Source: Monocercomonoides exilis PA203
Taxonomy: Eukaryota; Protista; Preaxostyla
Assembly (NCBI GenBank): GCA_001643675.2
Contig: LSRY02000020.1
Span: 1,054,001-1,118,000 of the forward strand
Length of the DNA stretch: 64,000 bases
Direction of reading: 5' to 3'
Both the position numbers and the translations under genes were made by a program. The notes below the pieces were generated by a model that saw nothing but the letters and a program-made list of their open reading frames with translations, searched no databases and was not told where the DNA came from. Below are positions 50,201-57,009 of the stretch, piece after piece. Each line of letters opens with the position of its first letter. The first letter of the stretch is position 1.

Positions 50201-52953
50201 TGACGCTCAGCGACTGCACAATCACGTCAGAAGAGCCGGCGCAGCTGGCAAATACTGTAATTTGTGTTGAGAGTCATTGTTTGTGTTTAAGCAATGTTTC
50301 GTTCTCGGACATCCGCATGCAGGCATCGAGGCAGCAGCCATCAGCAGAAGCATTTGGAGCAAAGCAATCTGAACAGTCTTTGTTTGAGCCAGAGGCAGGC
50401 CACTCATTCATTGAGGCCTGCTCTGGTGCTGCTGTGGTTCTGGATGGTGTCTGCTTCAAAGAGCTATCTATATTTGTCGTGTCGGGCGATGCCTCGCAGT
50501 CGGCTCATGTCATCAAGTGCGAGTCGTCGTCTCTGACAGCCAGCGGACTGAGAATAGAAGATTGTTCTGTTTCTTTCATAACACCTTCCGATTCTTCTTC
50601 ATCATCATCCATTTCTTCTTCTTCTCATTTTCCAAATTCCTTTGAGTCATCTGCGAACTCTCTCATTTCTGTGTCTGGCGGCAGCGTGGCTGTGCTGGCA
50701 GACATTTGCATAGAGCATGTTTTCGAGTGCTGCGGTGTGCTGTCTGCAGAAAGCGGGTGCAAAGTGGAAGTGAAGCGGAGCAACGTATCTTCGCTTTCTT
50801 CGCGCTCGTCTGCCTTTGCCACCGAAATGGCAGCGTCTTTTGTGCTGAGAGAAGTTCATATCAGCCAAGTGACTGTGGAAGAGGGATGCTTGTTTGCTCT
50901 TCTGCCTTCTTCTCTTTTCGATGAAGAATCGGATAATTTTGAGTTTAATTCTGAATTTTACAAGTCAGCCGATGAAAGTGGCGACACGCCGTTTGAGTTG
51001 GTTCTGTGTGAAGTGAGGGATGTGCAGCTGAAGCATTCGGAAGGAGCAGCTGTGAAGGCAGCCAGTTGGAACAGCCGCATTCTGATTGTCTCGTGTGTGT
51101 TCAGCAACATCAGCGGGCGAAATGATAAGGCAGATTATTTGGATTTGGGTTCGTGCATTAATGTGACAATTGAAAATAGTTCGTTTTTTGGAACTTTAAA
51201 CGATAAAAATAACGATATACAGAATGTTAATGCAAAAGTTAACAAAAACAACGAAATCGGATGGCAAATAGAAGGCATCTGCAAATGGAACAGCTCTTCA
51301 GTCAACTTTATAGAAAGTACAGTTTATGTGAACGAAACTTCATTTGAGAACTTCTCCCAAGGAGCCATTTCTCTGTCTAAATCGACCGTTATGATAGAAA
51401 TGGGGATGTTTCAGAACAACAATCCATTTGTTTCCGGCTATCCTTCTCTTCGACGCAACATTTTGTGTTCAAATGGAAGCACGTTGAATGTGAAGAGTGT
51501 GAAAGGAGGAGATGGAATGAAGGAAAATACCTCGTTTTGGATGTTGAGCGAAGGTTGCGCTCTCAAAGGAATTATTTCTGAAGTATCATCTCCTTTCTTT
51601 ATCCCCATTATTGAAGAAGTGAAGACAACGAAAGAGGGAAATGTGATGAAAATAACATGCTTGGGACAACTTTTGATGCCTTGCAATCTGTCGATGCAAA
51701 TAATATTCAAAAGAGGAGATGAAAAAGAAGTTTTGAAGGAGTTTAGCAAAGAGGATTATATTAACGAGACTGAAATTTGTTACGAAATTGATCTGTCATT
51801 ATCTGAATGGGACGAAGAAGAAGCAGAAGTATCTGTGTCTATTTTATTTGGAGATGAAACAGCGTCTTCAACAGAGAATTTTGTCCTGAAGAACAAAAGC
51901 AGTCCTCAAACAAAAGGAGATAAAGAAATCGATAAAAGAGTTGAAAATGTTGAAGAAAAAAAGAACAGCATTGAATGGACTTTTATTGCCTTTATTGTTT
52001 GCGCTTCTGTACTAGTAATTTTCGTAATTGCATTTTTTGTATTGCTTTTGCGAAAAAATCAAAATGTGAGAGGAATGAAAGTTCAAGATGGGGTAATTGA
52101 AGATTCAATGAATATTAGAAATATTAAAGAGAAGAAAGAGAATATTGAGGAAAGTGCTGGTAAGGAGGAGATGCCAACATTTTTGGTGGAAGAAGTGGGG
52201 AGCGTGATTAGGGTGCATCAAAAGAAAGATGAAGAGTTGCATCAATCAGAGAATAAAGAAATTGTTGATACATTTGATTGTGAGGAAGTGATAAGGGAGG
52301 CACCAGACAACTATATAACAATGCAAACTATCTCGTCGCTTTTTAGTGATGGAGCTGATAGAAGTTTGGAAATAAATTTTGTTGGTAATGAAGATAAAAG
52401 AGTGTACAAAGGTGAAAGAAAAACTAAAAAGGTGAATCGAAGAAAAGGCAAGAAACCAAAGCGAGGTGAAAAGATAGAAGATGTTGAAGAGATACAAAAG
52501 GGGGATGAGGAGGAGGGAGAAGGAGCCAATGTTGTATTGGATGCATTGGAGGGATTGAATCGCATCGCCAACGATTGCGAAAAGAATAAAAATCCAACGC
52601 AGCATAATGTTGAACCATCATCTGTACAAAATAGACAATTTTCTATCTTTGGAGAAGTCGATGAGGAGAAGAAGCAGATTAGAATACTGGAAGAAGAAAA
52701 GAGAGAGATGAAAGGAAAAATAGAAAAAGAAGAGCAAAATGCAATTAAGGGAATTCTGGAAGTTCCAAATATAGGACGGAAGGATACTGGTGATATAATA
52801 CAAGAAGAATTAGAGAAAGAGTATGAAGGGTTTGAAGGGGAGAGAAAGCAAAAGAAAAAGAAGAAAAAGAAAAGGCAGAAAAGAGAAAGAAAGGCAGATA
52901 GTGATTCGAATATTGAAAATACAGTGTTGCCAGATATTGACTTGAATGTCTAG
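41242..52953 (+). CDS. Giant (3903 aa) type I membrane/surface protein with repeated Cys-rich beta-helix-like (Pmp/pectin-lyase-like) modules
   Basis: Uninterrupted 11.7-kb ORF. N-terminal hydrophobic signal peptide. Recurrent GGAIY/GGFLF and FSxNxAxxG motifs. Seven CGxxxxPCxT/S-type module heads. One transmembrane segment (51976-52050) and a charged cytoplasmic tail. Confidence 0.9.
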   Translation: MRLNFLEFALCYVAVAQLIPLSHEKATIKLKEQFLQGVLLTNSSLKSSNLVLDERGCSAIFSVDKDSKLHLMCITSLKPARLFHPSCVSSGQCFFVNFSVVFEAGWNRSVCSLAGLSGGAGRSSVLFSSFNSLVFCPSKSSSFACGGIGDFESVEGCAFSNVTAKEESIKELQMADHLSTVYSSVLYNNTFFRCADVYYGTVVHGLSPSSPACDFRSSFDRYIQCTHSQSTEKSSKFHISRTDRITMEKQHGIFENEEWIECVGPQGGAIYFNGYYITKNWDLNISNSVFEKCHSDDKAGAIFMYKVYKHKCVNCHFFGNTANYDPQDIYFANPDSHYSIDNYVFSNSYSTTTGSRFVINGKGDFSNFIAEMSKQRKIKPSGVDGWGCGLGTLPCQTIVYAYSAMRTKYAMPMLCEEGTYAPPTLTISEKPLTLAGSGMDKTTIGNSDATESIFMVSGNKLVVKNLCFLLSKKNSRILRMTSASSLSSSVHSSNEPNSFYSSNSGQSICQLEFIKINQTANTELSAALFSIESGQFSVTKLTAVNIRLSNSAFSLFFFSSCENPSIRDCVFNGITALSSFTSAYSPIFTQRSSSNAKLSLQNCSFNNIISNDCGTGGCLAFNAKLTSSDSSISSIASSLSISNCSFWYCASKPVNSKGGAIYANYGQSKPTAADFYVFNTSFSSNQATYGSDLYFVCFDIEEYVRNGSINWALTAESESGEQMSIFGDDFNYFQGDPIDAMIFLKGYFAMTVYAASGSNSIDRIFCGEIRRKCSTVNYALGRLASPSSSSSLSNGQRTVFISGASTVTSGGNLLNSVSISAEATSAAKYSLLSSSSDPSEPSGPVKANLRIPSSVSGQSSYIFYSSSGTSLNELAFSMAPSVVDEVKHLLQSLISLQNGILTLSDCSFQWDESSSSNSYSSSLILISSEQRADAKLVISQCTISHSAPLAISAPIFDLSQGSVSSQFTSLHIQNVTSCSRSSAVFAFKSISSSSSDSSSSSSEANPQASFTQCGFASIKGSEGTNALFSTSQLMTGSVVLEQCNLTDCVGTSSTEGGGMRWDVCGSEEMKMINCNISSCAAKESVGSSRGSNEGSSKGKGGGVYLILNDSSSDFLFESCTFSDNRADVGRDVFIQCEKLSQAADLSKYVDVFSSAFDAENSFFGAESATLSNNADLLDAMRYRSTVVFVRGIAPSSSSAVNFAINSDPSAPTSQTGVNWFRCGALDAPCETIDFSLKQKVAPKTEAAADEEEDKMQTIKVKESSFIKEEIDLSDSILTSAEENAECKVDFVQSIPKATGIAVTNTKTMEISHVSFNVPTSFTNGMTLLISSQSGAASLESCNFYLNSSSSFAHSNGDADDAVSFSFPLVGVSSGVLSVASCCFGSNSAVNFGAAVMEISDSVDFTFDTATFQNLCVHSDCLFNVVHSNEPSLLHSTSASASTRAQAEHAEGEREGEGDVSDEDFSEYSFKFLNCTFNSISSVTSVSSADQTGKASLLSPEHTASVILSNCSVSTCLSEGSFEGGVLCLSASSQAPFTLKKSSISSCACNAVSGKGGFLFLCLDGRDAKFNFEELTFSGNEAKVGENMFLACTEMNASIKTSKFNFDFSDFAGNINAFVGNDTKYGNTDLTVFLFAYLGSTINVGSEGLDSVGCGAHVPCFSFWTSIKHIDADAGNKRIIITSSTDIEDEHDISGLTISSQNALDSLSDSPSPSSTLSIHSKLNSLNNSQKGVLVNSRSATIEDVIISIPSSFLDGNSASINENVLFASECDDSTDFGRSGLSLTKCSFQKQTDESVKFKLVAAMKGKVCLCDVWVEEMTFSCSAFAFSSGGVLWFEECHFASVNLEQKSFMEMLEAETPKNEGEKEGEDSSTAVLLLNASSFSSINNGASNPCSSIFSLQNSYEIEVVGCTFQTLGSEGCKKGGAMSFELKGTDGQLKMSNMGVTNSICSSSEGCGGGIYLTCATDNNDRYSFSEISVGGNKAHQGRDMFIVANDLRKDVNSELFAFATQFDDKANALIGFDRRYFNEVVDLMIFVEGFVSASVLIEATAGQNEVFCGNKYVPCQSLDYSVNRLAESSADVPLRVITVKSNGSIKNDISLNSVNVVSFGRENSGINISANVQFASGSVVSSTAALSFSSIDFHIPSVFAIETPEGASLFSSSTETGNIQFSSCSFIITSSESQDVSSCVHLISVLGGVVQLSQCHADSASFSVAPFVISQTAQASFEGVSFTQLSFSSCSLFNLIPSTLDAKDDYSSSANQESRPAEISFKNCEFTSLHVSEYDEQPSFGSVQLETHLLIVNCSLDYLTSALSVEGGGMRIELRTEGSFCLKGENSEQISSVSHCTCSEFVGKGGFLYLSCCNSIDGFSLSDLVFSENEAFVGRNVFILSSDLNASVVIERLMFDWTEWKNTNAFFGADEENFTEGISLSMLLFKYTSNSVIISLNGRDVIGCGSEWVPCQSFIEGMRHFREGVQFREIKINTSAAISDEWDLSNSSISPAISSSPGYSSSSSSDEPSSDECTINVGKAIQSLSEPSEAVLTNKLVLTFTSINFCLPSSFETPQKELLFTETGTATLSKCSFAMQTAEEGIAFVLFHVSSGTFSIEESKMAELSFATSAIRLAAPAAHFVASAFSVDVLNFVDGPFISVGNVEEKENEESILSRNGKEMKASKEASEIRLENLQWHLIHSTNENASIISYESALSIALTMDNSTFSNCDSQSLLGGAFFVWMKESSDSSICSWANEGCMQVNISTFEGCACSTTEGKGGAIALNCLDNPDNSNVPSSSTVKGLPITFRLIRFSLNRAKVANDLFIICRSISDQINETLFVIDFEELSFDKTNAIYCTDQLNKAPIDLAPFIVFYKSEQIFVSAEEGIDNKECGKRSDPCATLSESVRHLNEGSSQKVFVMGKANVSVETIIHSVTVQAVGDTQAIVLFDSEITKSDEKSNYVVSSSLESQLLKINIVFGSGFASSHHSVFGVRSGNLTLSDCTITSEEPAQLANTVICVESHCLCLSNVSFSDIRMQASRQQPSAEAFGAKQSEQSLFEPEAGHSFIEACSGAAVVLDGVCFKELSIFVVSGDASQSAHVIKCESSSLTASGLRIEDCSVSFITPSDSSSSSSISSSSHFPNSFESSANSLISVSGGSVAVLADICIEHVFECCGVLSAESGCKVEVKRSNVSSLSSRSSAFATEMAASFVLREVHISQVTVEEGCLFALLPSSLFDEESDNFEFNSEFYKSADESGDTPFELVLCEVRDVQLKHSEGAAVKAASWNSRILIVSCVFSNISGRNDKADYLDLGSCINVTIENSSFFGTLNDKNNDIQNVNAKVNKNNEIGWQIEGICKWNSSSVNFIESTVYVNETSFENFSQGAISLSKSTVMIEMGMFQNNNPFVSGYPSLRRNILCSNGSTLNVKSVKGGDGMKENTSFWMLSEGCALKGIISEVSSPFFIPIIEEVKTTKEGNVMKITCLGQLLMPCNLSMQIIFKRGDEKEVLKEFSKEDYINETEICYEIDLSLSEWDEEEAEVSVSILFGDETASSTENFVLKNKSSPQTKGDKEIDKRVENVEEKKNSIEWTFIAFIVCASVLVIFVIAFFVLLLRKNQNVRGMKVQDGVIEDSMNIRNIKEKKENIEESAGKEEMPTFLVEEVGSVIRVHQKKDEELHQSENKEIVDTFDCEEVIREAPDNYITMQTISSLFSDGADRSLEINFVGNEDKRVYKGERKTKKVNRRKGKKPKRGEKIEDVEEIQKGDEEEGEGANVVLDALEGLNRIANDCEKNKNPTQHNVEPSSVQNRQFSIFGEVDEEKKQIRILEEEKREMKGKIEKEEQNAIKGILEVPNIGRKDTGDIIQEELEKEYEGFEGERKQKKKKKKKRQKRERKADSDSNIENTVLPDIDLNV

Positions 52954-53507
52954 ATCAGAAGGGAAATTAAGTTGTGAAAATTTCTAAAAAACAATGTTCA
53001 GCTGGAGGTATTAGTGAAAATGAAGAAATATCGGAACAAAGATGAATTTTGAGCCTTTGTCATTTGGAGGGTTCGTTGTTAGGTTCAAAAAATAAATGTG
53101 CAAAAAGTTAATGAAAAGGGAAACATTTTGTGTGCTTCGTTCTTTTGCAGAAATTTCAAAAGTTTGATAAGTGAATTGCAGAGATTTCGTTTTCGTCAAC
53201 TTTTTAAAGAGAGTGTTAGAATTATTTTATGATTGTTACTTCATCAAGTATTTCCATCATTGTTTCTCATTCTTCAACTTTATTCTTTAAATTTCATTTC
53301 AAATATTTTGCTATCCTATTCAGTCACTAGAAAGGATAGATTTTGTAATTTTTTTGTTGTGTGGAGAAAATGAAATTTTCTTTTTTGTTATTTTCCAACC
53401 GGAAGTTTAGATTTAAGTTTTTGGTTCATTATTTTAAATTACATTCCTATTTTTTCTGAACATTATTTGTTCTTCATTCTAATTATTTCCTCAGATTGTC
53501 AATGTTA

Positions 53508-53523
53508 TTTTTTTTTTTTTTTT

Positions 53524-53566
<43 letters not shown>

Positions 53567-53609
53567 CGTGATAGAAAAAGATTTTAAAACCTGTCGTCAC
53601 AGAGGTGTA
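53508..53609 (-). mobile_element. Solo family F terminus with adjacent poly-A (poly-T on + strand)
   Basis: Minus strand reads TACACCTCTGTGAC, then ~30 nt, then a long A tract. Same arrangement as 38596-38698. Confidence 0.7.
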
Positions 53610-54167
53610 CAAAAAATACAAATAAAATTCGTTCGTTACTTGAAATACGAGTGAGATCACCAAATTTTTTGTTGCAATATCATTGATGTCTGTTTCCAGA
53701 TAAAAAAATCCTATTTATTTTGAAAACTAAGGAAATTTTAAAAAAAAAAAAAATAAGTAAAAAAACTTTTTCGCTGCTTCGTGCAAAAAATATTTGTCAG
53801 TTCGCATTTTTCCCCATGTGTTTATTCTACGAGAAGATTGTGACAAATGATTGAAATCTGGATTATTCGTCGAAATAAAAACATTTTATCAATCTTGTTC
53901 AAAATATTTTAAAGAATTATTCATGTTTTTATGACAAGCTAAAATATAGAAAAGAGTGTTAAACACATCTGTCCTAACCATTATTCATTGAACAAATTAT
54001 TTAATGTCATACTCAATAATAATTATTCAGAAAATCACAACTTTCGAGTAATTGACAGAAACAAAACCCGCGACATTCTATTCGGTCCTTTTAATCTTAT
54101 CAAATATATTGAATTTTAAAAAAAACATCAACATAAATTATTGTGAACAAAAAGGAAGAGAACAATC

Positions 54168-54243
54168 AAAGAAAAGAAAAAGAAAAGAAAAAGAAAAGAA
54201 AAGAAAAGAAAAAAAGAAAGAAAAAGAAAAAAGAAAAAAAAAT
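54168..54243 (+). repeat. (AAAAG)n purine tract
   Basis: Directly visible. Confidence 0.9.
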
Positions 54244-54272
54244 AAAACTGTTTGTTTCATTCTCCCAAATTA

Positions 54273-54650
54273 CAGATATCGCATAAAATACCGGACATCG
54301 CACAAAATACCGGACAAGATCGATTTCATGATAACTGCAAGAGAAATAATTCTGTTAATTTTCCTCAAAATATTTCTCATCAATACAAACTCATTGGAAA
54401 AACAAGACTTTCAAAATAGCTTCATTTGTGCTCAGTGAAAATTAATTATTGAAATCTCGGAGAAACTCAAAATCCTATTTCTCCGAGATTTCAAAAATTA
54501 TTTTTTCAGAGCACAAACGAGGAAGTCATGAAGGTCTTGTATGTCATGTGAGTTTGTATTGATGAGAAATATTTTGAGGAAAATAAACAGAATTATTTTT
54601 CTTGCAGTTATCGTGAAATCGATCTTGTCCGGTATTTTATGCGATATCTG
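54273..54650. mobile_element. Foldback MITE family C, copy 2 (378 bp), TA TSD
   Basis: TA|CAGATATCG...CGATATCTG|TA. Inverted near-identical copy of 34906-35264 with an extra 19-bp duplication (359+19=378). Confidence 0.93.
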
Positions 54651-54811
54651 TAAATTGTTGAAAAACAGTGAGAGATCAAAAGAGTTGTTGAAAAAAATAC
54701 AGTTCAAAACATTTAAAAAAAAAAAAAGAAAAGAAAAAAAGATTTTTTCCTTCAAAATCTATCATTTGCATCTCATTATAGAAATTTTGAACAGAAACAA
54801 ATATAACATAT

Positions 54812-55078
54812 GGGGGAAAATACGCTCTTTCAAGCTTTTTTTGCATTAAGAATGAAAAATTGCTTCACTTATAACTTTATATCTCTTTCTCCGAATTCAA
54901 AATTATTTTGATTTTCATATCTGCAAACAAACATCATTGATATTATAACAAAATGCTTTGTGAACTCACACGTAATTCTTAAGTTGTTCTCATTTTCAAT
55001 AAATTTTTGTATCACAAAAATAAATTCAAAAGTGCATAATTTTCCAATGAAAATGCTAGAAGTCTCATATTTAAGCCC
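54812..55078. mobile_element. MITE family A, copy 3
   Basis: GGGGGAAAATACGCTCTTTCAAGC ... GCTAGAAGTCTCATATTTAAGCCC with a perfect ATAT TSD. Confidence 0.85.
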
Positions 55079-55213
55079 ATATTATTATAACGTCATCTTT
55101 TGTAATTCCTCTTCTCAATGTCATGAAATTTTTGTTGAGAAATCGAGTTGATTGAACTTCGCCTTTTTTTCAAATAAAATCTGTTATTATTAAAAAACAT
55201 ATTTCAAAGTGAA

Positions 55214-56562
55214 TTATTTCAAATTGATATTATTGGAAAATCCAAAATGATTCAGTTCTTTCATGAATATGGATTTTTCTGATATCTTCGAAAGACACTG
55301 ATAGACCACAGATGGATCGAATGGATGAATTCCACAAGCTTCAAATGACTTTCTCACTATTCTCGGAGATTGAGAGTCGCAGACAGCTTCTGAAACAGCT
55401 GGAATCAATGCTATTCTGTACAAAGCAATAAAGGAATCAGAAGGGATAAGGAATGTCCGTTTCAAGCTGTTTTTTAAAATAAACATAAACGAACATATCC
55501 AAACGTTGCGTTAGGTGAGAAGTGTGGGACGGAAGTATCAGAAGATGGATGTGATGTTTTCCGCACCAAGATATGACGGGATGGCAAAGACAAGAAGAAT
55601 GATTATCGAGAATAATTAATGCGTTAGAAGATGGTCCGTGCAGTTCGACTCGTTTCTCGTTTATTTTTCGTGATAAATTTCGATCATCATTTTATTTAAA
55701 TCATTCCTGCTCATCCAACCTGTCCCGTTTGCGATACAGTTTTTCCGATGGAACTTTTATTCCTTTTAATCTTCTGACAACGTCCGAGATGACCACAACA
55801 TCACATGATCCAGTGATGTTCCATCAGAAAAACAGAGAAAAATAATGTCGCATTTTTCCTTCGCTGTGCTTCTAGCAGGAAAGCGCATTGTGTTTCTTTT
55901 GCAACTATTTATTTCATCTTCTGACTGTTTCATGGTAACTCCGGTCTCATCCATATTGATTATCAGATCTGAAGAAATATGATAATCATCTTTTTCTATT
56001 TTAAATAGACATTACCAATTTCTCATATTTTCGATGTTCGAAGCTTTTTGTAGATGCATGTCTATGTATGTTGGTTTTATCAGTTTTAACAATCCGCTTT
56101 TATTTATATACCTGCGAGCGCATTTTGTATAATTTTGTTACACTCCAAAGATGGAACGCTTTTCTTATTTTTTTTCATCATAACGTTTTCTGCCTGTAAA
56201 AAAATACACAGTTTAAAAATCATTATCGAAATAAATCACACGAATTATTTTATATCCGAAACTGTCAATTTGTTGGAAGAAGATATTTGAGCTCTTGCGC
56301 AGTCTTCAATTTCCTCAATTTTTTCTTTATAAAATAACCCTGGTCTGCCTGAGCAATGAGGATCTCTTCCCGCTTTAATTGATGTTATATACCTGTAGAT
56401 GGATGAATGAGATACGATTTTTGCTTTAACAAAATCTGAAGGTTTGATTTAATCTTGTTTTAAAAGATAATCAACTTTTTCTGCTTTTGAAGTGAGCCTG
56501 CGAAACCCTGCCAATGCCTTTATAGGAGATAATTTATTGGAAGAGAGAGAGAGGATGGCATG
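55214..56562 (-). pseudogene. pogo/Tigger-like (CENP-B/DDE_1) transposase relic
   Basis: Motifs LIINMDETG, LCFSDG, TGWM, LIILDNHSS, LILPSHTSHLTQRLD and IVRKSFEACGIHPFDP, with stops and frameshifts. Confidence 0.88.
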
Positions 56563-57009
56563 CTGGTATTTTTCATTTGATAAATGGAAATTTGATCACA
56601 TGATTTGAAAAAGGTTCTCATTGAAGAAATGAACATTTAGGAATATTTTCAAAGGAAGAAATTAAGAAAATTTATCATGAATTGATTTTTGGTTCGGGAT
56701 TGAAAACGATTAATATTAATGAAATATGTTTTGGACCGAAATGTTAATGATTTTGTATTTTTCTCTGGTTTTGTCTCTGTCTTTCATCATTTCTCCGACG
56801 TTATTAAAAACAAAAACAAAAAAAATATTTTTTTCTTCGGATTTTTTTATGTTTTGATGCAAAACATAAAAGCTAAGATTTTCAGACAAAGACATTATTG
56901 TTGAAACTGAATAATGCAATTATCGAAACCATTAATTTTATTGTTTTTTGATTTGAAAAAGAATGAATTATTTCTATTGATAACACAGAATTCTGTTACA
57001 AAAGTTAAA

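Noticed and set aside
41289-52803. Numerous antisense and alternate-frame ORFs over long genes
   Set aside because: Expected shadows of biased, low-complexity coding sequence.
38596-53609. Inverted pair of F ends enclosing the giant surface-protein gene as cargo
   Set aside because: The flanks differ (TAATAAAG versus CAAAAAAT), and the 38596 end already pairs with 39457. No partner for the 53609 end was found.
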